In this document: in pieces, positions 35,152 to 43,745 of the stretch
Layout: each line of letters opens with the position of its first letter
How positions within the stretch are numbered: position 1 is the stretch's first letter
Source: Gaiellaceae bacterium
GTDB taxonomy: Bacteria; Actinomycetota; Thermoleophilia; Gaiellales; Gaiellaceae
Assembly: GCA_035708405.1 (NCBI GenBank)
Contig: DASSSQ010000148.1
Location: 1-63,726 of the forward strand
DNA: 63,726 bases
Direction of reading: 5' to 3'
The notes under the pieces: model-generated
Seen by the model: only the letters and a program-made list of their open reading frames with translations
Told to the model about the DNA's origin: nothing
Database searches by the model: none
Position numbers and translations under genes: made by a program

Positions 35152-35211
35152 GGCTCTCACCTCCTCGGGGGAGGCATGCCACGCGCGGAGGAGTTCAAAC
35201 CGGGGGAGCCG

Positions 35212-35517
<306 letters not shown>

Positions 35518-35521
35518 GCGC

Positions 35522-35836
35522 CTACTCTACCGAGGCGAGCAGCGGGTCGATCAGTTCACGCGTTCGCTCGAACAGCGCCGAACGGGCGCAGACCTGGTCG
35601 AAGCCGGCGGCGTTGGCACGGCGCAGTCCGGCCGTGTCGGTGTGGTTCGTGAAGCCGACGAGCGGCACGTCCGGATAGGCGTCGGCGACCTCCTCGGGGT
35701 CGACGCGCGCGATGTCGGCGATCACGAGGTCCGGCGGGTCGATGCCGTCGGTGGTGATGAAGCGGTGGTCGGGTAGGAGCCCCTCGAGCTTCGCGCGGAA
35801 GAAGAGGTCGACTCCGCAGAGCATGATCGTCGCCAT
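35522..35836 (-). CDS. hypothetical protein, receiver (CheY)-like fold lacking canonical phospho-acceptor residues
   Basis: 104 aa: MATIMLCGVDLFFRAKLEGLL...PDLVIADIARVD...PLVGFTNHTD. It lies 4 nt upstream of fdxA. The fold assignment is by pattern only. Confidence 0.45.
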   Translation of the reverse strand: MATIMLCGVDLFFRAKLEGLLPDHRFITTDGIDPPDLVIADIARVDPEEVADAYPDVPLVGFTNHTDTAGLRRANAAGFDQVCARSALFERTRELIDPLLASVE

Positions 35837-35882
35837 GCGCGAAACGGTAACGCGTAGCCTGGACGCTGAAAAGTGGCGGAAT

Positions 35883-36401
35883 TCAGCTGCGTACCGTCAC
35901 GGTGCCGCGTGCTTCGTCGCCGTTCGGGTAGCGCAGACGGAGCGCGAGCACGCCGGGCGTCGTGTAGCGGGCTTGGACGCGGAAGCTCCCGTCGTCGGCG
36001 ATCCGGGCAGCGTCGACGATCCTCCAGGCGCCGCCGTCGATGCTGGCCTCGAGCGTGACGGACTGTCCCTCGAAGCCGCTTGCGGTGCCGTCGATGGTGA
36101 TCCCGGAGCCGACCGTTCCGAGGGCAGGAAGGGCGAGGGCGAGCTGTCGCGGCGGGGTGGCGCGGTTTGCCGCCGGAATCCGGAAGTGCAGCGCCGGCAC
36201 GAGCGGATGCCCCGGCGGGAAGCGACCGGCCGCGAACAGCGCGAAGGAAAGGGCGATCGCGGCGCCGGCGCCCCTGGCCGCGGTGCGTGTCGTGACCCTG
36301 GCGGGCACGGGCGCGCGTGCCGCAGAGCCGGCCGCTCCGCCGTAGAGGATCCGACGCTCCTCGTCGTCGAAGCGTGCGTAGTCGCGCTCGCGCCAGCCCA
36401 T
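35883..36401 (-). CDS. hypothetical membrane-anchored protein
   Basis: 172 aa: MGWRERDYARFDDEERRILYGG..., one hydrophobic segment (AAIALSFALFAAG), then a beta-rich C-terminal domain. Confidence 0.5.
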   Translation of the reverse strand: MGWRERDYARFDDEERRILYGGAAGSAARAPVPARVTTRTAARGAGAAIALSFALFAAGRFPPGHPLVPALHFRIPAANRATPPRQLALALPALGTVGSGITIDGTASGFEGQSVTLEASIDGGAWRIVDAARIADDGSFRVQARYTTPGVLALRLRYPNGDEARGTVTVRS

Positions 36402-36461
36402 CGGTCGTTTGTCTCGTCGCGCCGTCGCCTCGCGTCAACCCTCGAACGAGGGGCGCGTCCG

Positions 36462-36770
36462 TCAGCCGCGGAGCCACGCCGACACGATGCGCATCGCCTC
36501 CGCTCGCGCGGCGGCCTTTCTCGCCTCGGCGCGGGCCGCCGTCGCGCTCAGCCACTCCTGCATCCGGATCTCGGCCGTCGCCGGGTCGTCCGCCTCGAAC
36601 TCCATCCATTTCGACGCGGCGAGCGCGAGCGCCATGTTCATCTGACGCCGGTAGGTGATCGCGTCGGCTCCGACGGGCGACGGGTGCGGCTCGAGCGCGT
36701 CGCGCGAGAACCAGCGGGCCAGCTCCTCTTCGAACCGACGCCCTGCCGTGCCGCCCCGGGTCTTCGCCAC
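36462..36770 (-). CDS. hypothetical protein (102 aa), last gene of the envelope operon
   Basis: A GTG at residue 106 of track ORF 36462..37085, 11 nt after the ccdA stop. The sequence is VAKTRGGTAGRRFEEELARWFSRDALEPHPSPVGADAITYRRQMNMALALAASKWMEFEADDPATAEIRMQEWL. Confidence 0.4.
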   Translation of the reverse strand: MAKTRGGTAGRRFEEELARWFSRDALEPHPSPVGADAITYRRQMNMALALAASKWMEFEADDPATAEIRMQEWLSATAARAEARKAAARAEAMRIVSAWLRG

Positions 36771-36781
36771 GGCGGCAACGC

Positions 36782-37492
36782 CTAGATCTGGTCGAGCCCG
36801 ATGTCCGAGAGCAAGCGGTTGAGGCCGACGTAGAGCCACCACTGGCGGCCGAAGAAGAGCAGCAGCCCGAGCGCGACGAGCATCGCGCCGCCGGCGACCT
36901 CGAGCACGCGGTAGTGGTCGCGCAGCCAGCGGAACGCGGCCATCGCCCGCGTGAAGAAGACGCCGGCGAGCAGGAACGCGGCGCCGAGGCCGGCGGAGTA
37001 GACGGTCAGCAGGACGACGCCGCGGACGACGGCGCCGGTCGAGCCGGCGAGCACGAGGATCGAGCCGAGCACGACGCCGATGCACGGCGCCGCGCAGACC
37101 GCGAAGGCGCCGCCGAGCAGCACGCTCGAGCGGCGGCGACGCGCCTCGCCGAGGAGGCCCGGCGCGACCGCCCGCTCCGGCTTCGGCAGCAGGCCGACGA
37201 ACGCGAGGCCGATCACGACGAGCAGGAACCCGGCGACCTCGAGCTGCAGCTGCTGGTCGAGCACGCTGCCGACCGCCGCCGCGCCCGCGCCGAGGACGAC
37301 GAAGACGATCGTGAAGCCGAGGATGAACGGCAGGCTCGCGAGCGCGACCCGCCTCCCCACTCCGCGCTCGCCGAGCCGTCCCGCCTCGACCGCCGAGACC
37401 GCCGAGAGGTAGCCGGGGACGAGCGGCAGCACGCAGGGCGAGAGCACCGAGACGAGCCCCGCGAGGAAGGCGACCGGGATCCGCTCGGCCAC
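36782..37492 (-). CDS. ccdA: cytochrome c biogenesis / thiol-disulfide electron transporter CcdA (DsbD family)
   Basis: A GTG at residue 121 of track ORF 36782..37852, preceded by GGAACGGGAG. It has the motifs LSPCVLPLVPGYL and AAPCIGVVLGSIL and 6 TM segments. Confidence 0.8.
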   Translation of the reverse strand: MAERIPVAFLAGLVSVLSPCVLPLVPGYLSAVSAVEAGRLGERGVGRRVALASLPFILGFTIVFVVLGAGAAAVGSVLDQQLQLEVAGFLLVVIGLAFVGLLPKPERAVAPGLLGEARRRRSSVLLGGAFAVCAAPCIGVVLGSILVLAGSTGAVVRGVVLLTVYSAGLGAAFLLAGVFFTRAMAAFRWLRDHYRVLEVAGGAMLVALGLLLFFGRQWWLYVGLNRLLSDIGLDQI

Positions 37493-37503
37493 GACTCCCG
37501 TTC

Positions 37504-37959
37504 CTAGCCGTCGAAGCGGCGCAGCTCGTCGTCGAGCCGCCGCTCCAGCTCCGGGTCGAGCGGCGGCCCCGCGACCGCGACCGCGGGCTCGCGGCCCTGC
37601 GACCACTTCCAGGCGCCGAAGCCGAGCGCCCCGCCGCCGACCACGATGCCGACGAGCGGCAGCAGCCAGGCCAGGAGGCCGAAGCCCCGCTTCGGCGGCG
37701 CCGCCAGGATCCCCTCGCCGAAGTTGGCGACGAGGCGCCGCTTGATCTCGCTCTTCGTGTCGCCCGCCTTGATCCGCGCCGCGATGAACGCCTCGATCCG
37801 CTTCGCCGCCGGCGAGTCCGACATGTCGAGGGTCGTGTGGCAGACCGGGCACATCACCTCGCCCTCGAGCTCGTTCAGCGTCGGGTGCTGCTCGCTCGCG
37901 AGCGCCGGCGCCGCAGCCGCGAGCGCGAGCGCCGCGAGTGCGACGACGCAGGTCCTCAC
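37504..37959 (-). CDS. ccmH: CcmH/NrfF-family cytochrome c maturation protein
   Basis: A GTG at residue 103 of track ORF 37504..38265, in a GTGA overlap with the upstream stop. It has a signal peptide, MCPVCHTTLDMSDSPAAKRIEAFIAARIKAGDTKSEIKRRLVANFGEGIL, and a C-terminal TM helix. Confidence 0.75.
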   Translation of the reverse strand: MRTCVVALAALALAAAAPALASEQHPTLNELEGEVMCPVCHTTLDMSDSPAAKRIEAFIAARIKAGDTKSEIKRRLVANFGEGILAAPPKRGFGLLAWLLPLVGIVVGGGALGFGAWKWSQGREPAVAVAGPPLDPELERRLDDELRRFDG

Positions 37960-38540
37960 GAGAGCGCCTTGCGGATGCCGGTGTCGATCTCGCTCTCGTT
38001 CTGGATCTGCTGGCCGATGTGGTCGACGGCGCGGCCGCGCGCGTCGATGAAGTACGTCTCCGGGAAGCCGGTCAGCCCCCAGCGGCCGAGCGTCGAGCCG
38101 GAGCCGTCGTGGAGCATGCGGAAGCTGAGGTCGTGCCTGACGACGAACTTCCTCGCGTCGCCCGCGAAGTCGTTCGCGTCGATGCCGACGAAGGCGACGC
38201 CCTTGCCGTGCCACTTCGCGTAGGCGCGCTCGAGCAGCGGCGCCTCCGCCTTGCACGGCGCGCACCAGGAGGCCCAGAAGTTGACGACGACCGGGCGGCC
38301 GCGCAGCGAGGCGAGCGAGACCGGCGGGCCGCCGCCGTTCAGCGGCTTCAGCGAGAAGCCGGGCGCGGCCGGGTCGTCGCCGGCGGCGATCTGGTTGACG
38401 AACCCCTGCGCGCTCTCCTTGTGCATCACGTCCCAGACGAGCAGCGCCAGCAGGCCGGCGACGAGCGCGAGCGCGAGCCCGGTCGCGACGCGGCGCGCGA
38501 CGCGGATGGGACGGCGGCCGCTGGCGGCGGAGGCTTCCAT
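37956..38540 (-). CDS. TlpA/ResA-like membrane-anchored thiol:disulfide oxidoreductase
   Basis: An ATG at residue 112 of track ORF 37956..38873, in an ATGA overlap. It has a TM anchor, then VVVNFWASWCAPCKAEAP. Confidence 0.85.
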   Translation of the reverse strand: MEASAASGRRPIRVARRVATGLALALVAGLLALLVWDVMHKESAQGFVNQIAAGDDPAAPGFSLKPLNGGGPPVSLASLRGRPVVVNFWASWCAPCKAEAPLLERAYAKWHGKGVAFVGIDANDFAGDARKFVVRHDLSFRMLHDGSGSTLGRWGLTGFPETYFIDARGRAVDHIGQQIQNESEIDTGIRKALS

Positions 38541-39571
38541 CACGCTTCGACGATATACACGGGCGTCCCCACGTCGACGTGGTCGAAGAGCCATTCCGCG
38601 TCGGGGATCGCCATCCGGATGCAGCCGTGGGAGGCCGAGTAGCCGAGCGACGCCGCGTCGGGGGTGCCGTGGATGCCGACGCCGGGCGAGGAGATGCCCA
38701 TCCAGCGCGTGCCGAGCGGATTGCCCGGCCCCGGCGGCACGGGCTTCTCGCCGGCGGCCCACGGCGAGGCGGGCGGGTACCACCACGGGTTGCGGTACTT
38801 GACGACGATGTGGAAGGCGCCGAGCGGCGTCGGATAGCTCGACTGGCCGGTGGCGACGGTGAAGGTGCGCCACGGCTTCATGCCGCGGTAGAGGCGGAGC
38901 CGGTTGTCGCCGCGCCGGATCACGATCACCGGGCCGAAGCGGGCGCGCGTCACCCTCGGCTCCAGGATCCTGACGGGGATCTGCAGCGGCGCGGTCGAGC
39001 CGTGCGTCAGCGCGCGGACGATCGCGGCGCGGGCGGCTCCCTGCTCGATCCGCAGGCCGGGACGGTCACTCGTGATCGAGGGCTTGCCGGCGCGGAGCCG
39101 CAGCTTCGCGTCGACCGCGGCGCGGTCGTAGCGCCGAGCGAGCCGCGCGACGTAGGCGCGCAGGGTCGCGCCCTTGACGGCGACGCGGACCGGCACCGCC
39201 GCGCCGGACGCCGCCGACTTCGCGCGGGCGACCGCGCCCTGCAGGTAGCTGACGGCGCCGAGCTGCTCGCGCGTCGGCGCGAGCCGGGTGCGGCCGACGA
39301 CCAGGTGGAGCGGCTGGGCGAAGCTCGACTGCAGCGAGGCGTAGGCGTCGTCGGGGCTCAGGCCGCCGACGGCGACGCCCTGGATCGAGACGCCCGGCGC
39401 CAGCACCGGCGGCGCAGGCGCGGTCGTCGTCACGGCGGGCGGCGGCGCGGTCTCGGTCGGCGCGGTGGTGGTCGTCGTGCCGCCGTCGTCGGCGCGCACG
39501 GGACCGGCCGCGACCGCGCAGATGCAGGCGAATCCGGCGAGCAGGAGGAGGGCGAGACCGCTGAGTCTCAC
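38540..39571 (-). CDS. L,D-transpeptidase (YkuD domain) with signal peptide and Thr/Pro linker
   Basis: A GTG at residue 92 of track ORF 38540..39844, in a GTGA overlap. The catalytic region is GIHGTPDAASLGYSASHGCIRMAIPDAEWLFDHV. Confidence 0.85.
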   Translation of the reverse strand: MRLSGLALLLLAGFACICAVAAGPVRADDGGTTTTTAPTETAPPPAVTTTAPAPPVLAPGVSIQGVAVGGLSPDDAYASLQSSFAQPLHLVVGRTRLAPTREQLGAVSYLQGAVARAKSAASGAAVPVRVAVKGATLRAYVARLARRYDRAAVDAKLRLRAGKPSITSDRPGLRIEQGAARAAIVRALTHGSTAPLQIPVRILEPRVTRARFGPVIVIRRGDNRLRLYRGMKPWRTFTVATGQSSYPTPLGAFHIVVKYRNPWWYPPASPWAAGEKPVPPGPGNPLGTRWMGISSPGVGIHGTPDAASLGYSASHGCIRMAIPDAEWLFDHVDVGTPVYIVEA

Positions 39572-40251
39572 CCGGAGAGTGTAGCCGCGAAGATCCGCGG
39601 ATCGTCCGTCACGACCGCGTCGACGCCGATCGCGGCGAGCTCGGCGAGGCGCGCCGGCTCGTTGACCGTCCACGCGATCACGACGGCGCCGAGCGCGTGG
39701 CAGCGCTCGACGACGGCGCGGGTGACGAGCGGCTCGTTCAGGGAGGCGCGGCTCGCCTGCGCGCGGGCGAGCAGGCGGCCGATCCGGCCGGGCAGCGTCG
39801 CCCGGGCGGCGGCGAGCGCGGCGCTGACGATCGGCGCCGCCCACGGCTTGCCGGTCAGGCCGAGCCGGTCCTCGGGGTAGGTGAGCGCCCGGCCGAGCCC
39901 GGGCTCGAGTGCCGCGAACCGGCGCAGGACCGCGCTTCGCGTCGTCGAGACGAAGGCGCGCTCGACGAGCCCGTGCCGCCGGAGCGCGGCGACGATCCCC
40001 TCCTCCTCGCCCGCGACCTTGACGTCGACGTGGGCGCCGCAGCCGGCGGCGGCGAGCAGCGCGAGCGCGTCGTCGAGGGTCGCCGTCTCCGCCGGCAGCT
40101 CCTCGGGCGAGTGCCCGAGCACGAGCCCGTCGCCGGCGCGCAGCACGTCGAACTCGACGACGTCGACGCCGGCGTCGACCGCCGCCTGCAGCGATGCGAG
40201 CGTGTTCTCCGGCGCGAGCGCCGCCGCTCCCTTGTGACCGATCCTGATCAT
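39568..40251 (-). CDS. glycerophosphodiester phosphodiesterase
   Basis: 227 aa with IGHKGAAALAPENTLASLQAAVDAGVDVVEFDV and ...VIAWTVNE. It has an ATGA overlap with the upstream gene. Confidence 0.85.
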   Translation of the reverse strand: MIRIGHKGAAALAPENTLASLQAAVDAGVDVVEFDVLRAGDGLVLGHSPEELPAETATLDDALALLAAAGCGAHVDVKVAGEEEGIVAALRRHGLVERAFVSTTRSAVLRRFAALEPGLGRALTYPEDRLGLTGKPWAAPIVSAALAAARATLPGRIGRLLARAQASRASLNEPLVTRAVVERCHALGAVVIAWTVNEPARLAELAAIGVDAVVTDDPRIFAATLSG

Positions 40252-43004
40252 GCGAGATGGCGGATGCAGATCGCGGCGACGTCGTCGGTCAGCTCGCCGC
40301 CGAAGGCGCGGCAGTCAGCGACGACCCGCTCGACGAGCGCCGCGGCCGAGAGCCCGCGGCACCTGGAGAGCACCGCGTCGAGCCGCTCCTCGCCGTAGAG
40401 CTCGCGCTCGCGCCGCGCCTCGATCACGCCGTCGGTGTAGAGGACGATCGCAGCGCCGGGCGGGAACGGCACGCACACCTCGGTGAAGTCCTGGTCGCGC
40501 TCGATCCCGAGTGCGATCCCGGGCGCGCGGATCGCCTCGACGCTCCCGTCCGGCAGGAGCAGCCGCGGCTCGGGGTGGCCGGCGCTCGCGCAGCGCGCCT
40601 CGTCCCGTGCCGGATCGGCGGCGAGGTAGGCCATCGTGATGAACTTGCCGACCTGGATCTCGCCGACGACGACCTCGTTCGCGTGCGCGAGGAAGTCCGC
40701 GGGCTCGGGGTGCTCGCGCGCCAGCGAGCGGAAGACGAAGCGCGCCATCGCCATGTCGGCGGTCGCCTCGATCCCGTGGCCGGTGACGTCGCCGACCGCG
40801 ACCGCGAGCCGGCCGTCGGCGAGCTCGAGGAAGTCGTAGACGTCGCCCCCGACCGCGACCGTCGCCGCCGACTCGTAGACCGCTCCGAGCTCGAGCCCGG
40901 GAACGGCCGGCTGCGTGTCGGGCAGCAGCGAGCGCTGCATCGTGTCGGCGAAGTCCTTCTGCTGCTGGTAGAGCCGTGCGTTGTCGATCGCGAGCGCCGC
41001 CTGACCGACGATCGAGAGCGCCGTGTCGACGGTGTCGCGGTCGATCGGCCGCGCCGGGTCGAGCGAGAGGATCGTCAGCGACGCGAGCACCTCGGCGGGA
41101 GTCGCGATCGGCAGGATCGCGGCTGTCGAGCCCTTCTCGAGGAACGGCGCCAGCAGCGCGTGCGCGCCGCCGAGCCGGACGGCGACGTCGGCGTCGAGGA
41201 CGAGCGGCTCGCGCGTGCGGAAGAGCCGCTGGATCGGCACGCTCGAGAGCGGCTGCGGCTGCTCGAGGATCGTCCGCACCGGCTCGGCGAGCCGCGCGTC
41301 GCCGACGTGGATCGCCTGCGGCGCGAGCGTGTCGCGCCGCTGGTCGGGCGTGCGGATCACCGCCGCGTCGAGCTCGAGCACCTCGGCGATCGTGCGCGTC
41401 ACCGCCTCGAGCGTCGTGTCGAGCGAGAGGCTCTGCGCGAACGAGCGCGAGATCTCGTAGAGCGCCCGCAGCCGCTGTGCCGCGTCGCGCTCGGAAGCGA
41501 GCGCGTCGCCGAGCGCGTCGCCGAGCTGCTTCGCGTGCTCGTGCAGCTGCGCGTTCTGCACCGCGACGGAGAGCTGCGCGGCGAGCGACTCGAGCAGCTC
41601 GATCTCGGTGTCGGCGAGCCTCCGGCCGCGAGCGGGATAGGCGGCGAGCAGGCCGATCGCGTCCTCGCGGACGCGCAGCGGCACGGCGACCGCCGATTCG
41701 AGCTGCGCGGCGTCGAGCACCGACCGCACCGGCGCGAGCGCCGGCTCCGGGTCGCGCGCGGGCACGACGACGACGCCGCGCGCGCGGAACGGCCCGAGCG
41801 CGAGCTCGAGCAGCCGCTCGGCCGCCTCGGCATGCGAGCCGCCGAGGCCGCGGCCGGCCGCCGGCAGCAGCTCCGTCCCGTCGAGCAGGTAGACCGCCAC
41901 GCGTTCGATCGCGAGCAGCTCGGAGATCCGCTCGACGGCGGTCTCGAGCGTGTGCACGAGCGACAGCCGGGCGATCGCCTGGCCGACGACCGCGAGCAGC
42001 GCGCGGGTGCGCTCGAGCTCGGCGCCGAGCCGGCGCGCCTTCCCGCTCGCGCGCAGCACCTGGGTCGCGCGGACGCCGAAGCTCGTCAGCCGCTCGAGCT
42101 CCCGCTCGTCCGGCATCGTGGCCGCGGGGTAGAAGAGCTGGAGCGCGCCGAGCGGCGGCGAGCCGAGCGGCAGCGTCGCCGAGTAGCGGGCGCCCGCGGG
42201 CAGCGCCTCGCCCGGCTCGAGCTCGAGTGGCCGCCAGACGGCGAGCGCGCGCCCGGCGGCCTCGCGCGCCGTCTCGAGCCGCTCGTCCTGCGGGGCGACG
42301 CCGGCGCCGGCGACGAGCGTGAGCTCCTCCCCCGCGAGCCAGACGACCGCGGCGGACGCGCCTGTGGCGGCGCGGGCGGCGGTGACGATGCCCGTCGCGG
42401 CCCGCGCCTCGTCCGCGCCGGCCGAGAGCGCCTCGCCGGCGAGCTCGAGGACCCCGGAGCCGTCGACCCGGCCGTCCGTGGGGCGGTCGCCGAGGGCCGA
42501 CACCGCGACGGCGAGCTGGGTCGCGGCGAGCTGCGCGAGCGCGACGCCGCCGGCGTCGAAGCGACCGCCGGCACCGGCACCGAGTACCTCGACGCTGCCG
42601 ACGACGCGGTCGGCCGCACGTGCGGGGACGAAGAGCGCGGCGTCGGCGTGGACGCGCGCGGCCGCGCGTCGGGTCGCTGCCGGCAGGAGCTCGGAGTCGA
42701 CGACGAGCTCGTCGGGCGCCTCGGCAAGCGGCAGCCGCGAGCCCTCGAGCTCGGCCGCCGGCGCCGAGTCCGCAGGGGCGACGGCGCGCGCGACGAGGCC
42801 GTCGCCGGCCTGGTCGAGGACGCGGACGATCGCGAGCTCCGCGCCCGGCACCCGGACTGACGCCTCGGCGAGCGCCGCGACCGCCGCCGAGAGCGGCCCG
42901 CCGGCCGCGGTCGCCGCCCCCGCGCGCGCGAGCGCCTCGAACGCGGCGTGCGGCAGCTCGAGCTCGCTCGGCGTCGCGTCGACCGGGATGCTCGCGCCTC
43001 TCAC
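40248..43004 (-). CDS. multi-GAF-domain PPM/PP2C (SpoIIE-type) serine phosphatase
   Basis: A GTG at residue 90 of track ORF 40248..43271 gives 918 aa. There are at least two clear GAF domains (LETAVERISELLAIERVAVYLLD..., LEAVTRTIAEVLELDAAVIRTPD...) plus more degenerate N-terminal ones. The C-terminal part is MQRSLLP...GGDVYDF...VGDVTGHGIEATADMAM...LYTDGVIEA. Confidence 0.8.
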   Translation of the reverse strand: MRGASIPVDATPSELELPHAAFEALARAGAATAAGGPLSAAVAALAEASVRVPGAELAIVRVLDQAGDGLVARAVAPADSAPAAELEGSRLPLAEAPDELVVDSELLPAATRRAAARVHADAALFVPARAADRVVGSVEVLGAGAGGRFDAGGVALAQLAATQLAVAVSALGDRPTDGRVDGSGVLELAGEALSAGADEARAATGIVTAARAATGASAAVVWLAGEELTLVAGAGVAPQDERLETAREAAGRALAVWRPLELEPGEALPAGARYSATLPLGSPPLGALQLFYPAATMPDERELERLTSFGVRATQVLRASGKARRLGAELERTRALLAVVGQAIARLSLVHTLETAVERISELLAIERVAVYLLDGTELLPAAGRGLGGSHAEAAERLLELALGPFRARGVVVVPARDPEPALAPVRSVLDAAQLESAVAVPLRVREDAIGLLAAYPARGRRLADTEIELLESLAAQLSVAVQNAQLHEHAKQLGDALGDALASERDAAQRLRALYEISRSFAQSLSLDTTLEAVTRTIAEVLELDAAVIRTPDQRRDTLAPQAIHVGDARLAEPVRTILEQPQPLSSVPIQRLFRTREPLVLDADVAVRLGGAHALLAPFLEKGSTAAILPIATPAEVLASLTILSLDPARPIDRDTVDTALSIVGQAALAIDNARLYQQQKDFADTMQRSLLPDTQPAVPGLELGAVYESAATVAVGGDVYDFLELADGRLAVAVGDVTGHGIEATADMAMARFVFRSLAREHPEPADFLAHANEVVVGEIQVGKFITMAYLAADPARDEARCASAGHPEPRLLLPDGSVEAIRAPGIALGIERDQDFTEVCVPFPPGAAIVLYTDGVIEARRERELYGEERLDAVLSRCRGLSAAALVERVVADCRAFGGELTDDVAAICIRHLA

Positions 43005-43016
43005 GACGCGCAGTAT

Positions 43017-43163
43017 CGCCGCCCGCGAGCAGTCGCGGCGGCCGCCGGGCGAAGGAAGCCGTCGAACGCCCCCCTGACACCACACCCCCACCCTGGGTGG
43101 GGCTTTCGACCCGCCTCCCTCGCGGTCGACGATACCGGCGGAATGCACGCGGATTCGTGACGG
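43017..43163 (-). promoter_or_regulatory. conserved structured 5' leader, copy A (paralog of 55640..55914; possible ydaO/c-di-AMP-type riboswitch)
   Basis: The minus strand reads CCGTCAC-N20-GGTATCGTCGACCGCGAGGGAGGCGGGTCGAAAGCCCCACCC-A-GGGTGGGGGTG...GGGGGGCG...GCGACTGCTCGCGGGCGGCG. The 23-nt core is identical to copy B and the hairpin is preserved. It ends 12 nt before the GTG start. Confidence 0.35.
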
Positions 43164-43255
43164 GACCGAAGATCTTCCGCAACTTCTTCTCCACAGGCCG
43201 GACGGGACCGAGGCGGCTGCGGGCCGTTGCGCCCGAGCCGGACTACACTTCGACC

Positions 43256-43495
43256 GTGGCCGAGCCTGCACGACGGACCGCAGCGCTCCGCGAGGAGCCG
43301 CCGGTCGCCGATCCCGAGGCGATCCGGCGCGCCTATCGCCGCGAGCGCGCGAAGCGGCGCGCCCGCAGCGAGCACCGGCGAGAGGCCAAGCACGCCGGCG
43401 TCCGGTTCTGGGTCGTCCTGTGGGTGCTGCTCTTCGCCAGCGTCATCCTCGTGCTGACGATCTGGGCGCAGATCCAGCAGCTCTTCGGGCTCTAA
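43256..43495 (+). CDS. 79-aa basic protein with a C-terminal TM helix
   Basis: An in-frame GTG in the tail of shadow ORF 42620..43495: VAEPARRTAALREEPPVADPEAIRRAYRRERAKRRARSEHRREAKHAGVRFWVVLWVLLFASVILVLTIWAQIQQLFGL. Confidence 0.4.
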   Translation: MAEPARRTAALREEPPVADPEAIRRAYRRERAKRRARSEHRREAKHAGVRFWVVLWVLLFASVILVLTIWAQIQQLFGL

Positions 43496-43698
43496 AGGCG
43501 CCCGAGCCGGCTCCAGGTGCTCTGCTCCCAGACGCGCCCCGCGCACATCGGGCAGGTCGGCAGCCGCGTCTGGACGATCACGCCGTAGCCGCACTCGACG
43601 CAGTGGAACTCGCCGCGCGCCTTCGCCCCGGTCTCGAGGAACTCGACCCACGCGTCCTCTTTCGACTCGCCCTCGACCCCTGTCTCGAGCATCCGCAC
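43492..43698 (-). CDS. 68-aa zinc-ribbon protein (CxxC-N14-CxxC)
   Basis: MRMLETGVEGESKEDAWVEFLETGAKARGEFHCVECGYGVIVQTRLPTCPMCAGRVWEQSTW. Non-shadow composition. Confidence 0.5.
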   Translation of the reverse strand: MRMLETGVEGESKEDAWVEFLETGAKARGEFHCVECGYGVIVQTRLPTCPMCAGRVWEQSTWSRLGRL

Positions 43699-43745
43699 TC
43701 CTGCGTCGGCTACAACCTGGCAGAGATATGCCCTAAGGTCTGACC

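Noticed and set aside
40257-43194. 867-aa (+) and 959-aa (-) alternative-frame ORFs over the GAF-PP2C gene
   Set aside because: They have Arg-rich shadow composition. Only the 40248..43004 frame contains GAF and SpoIIE/PP2C motifs.
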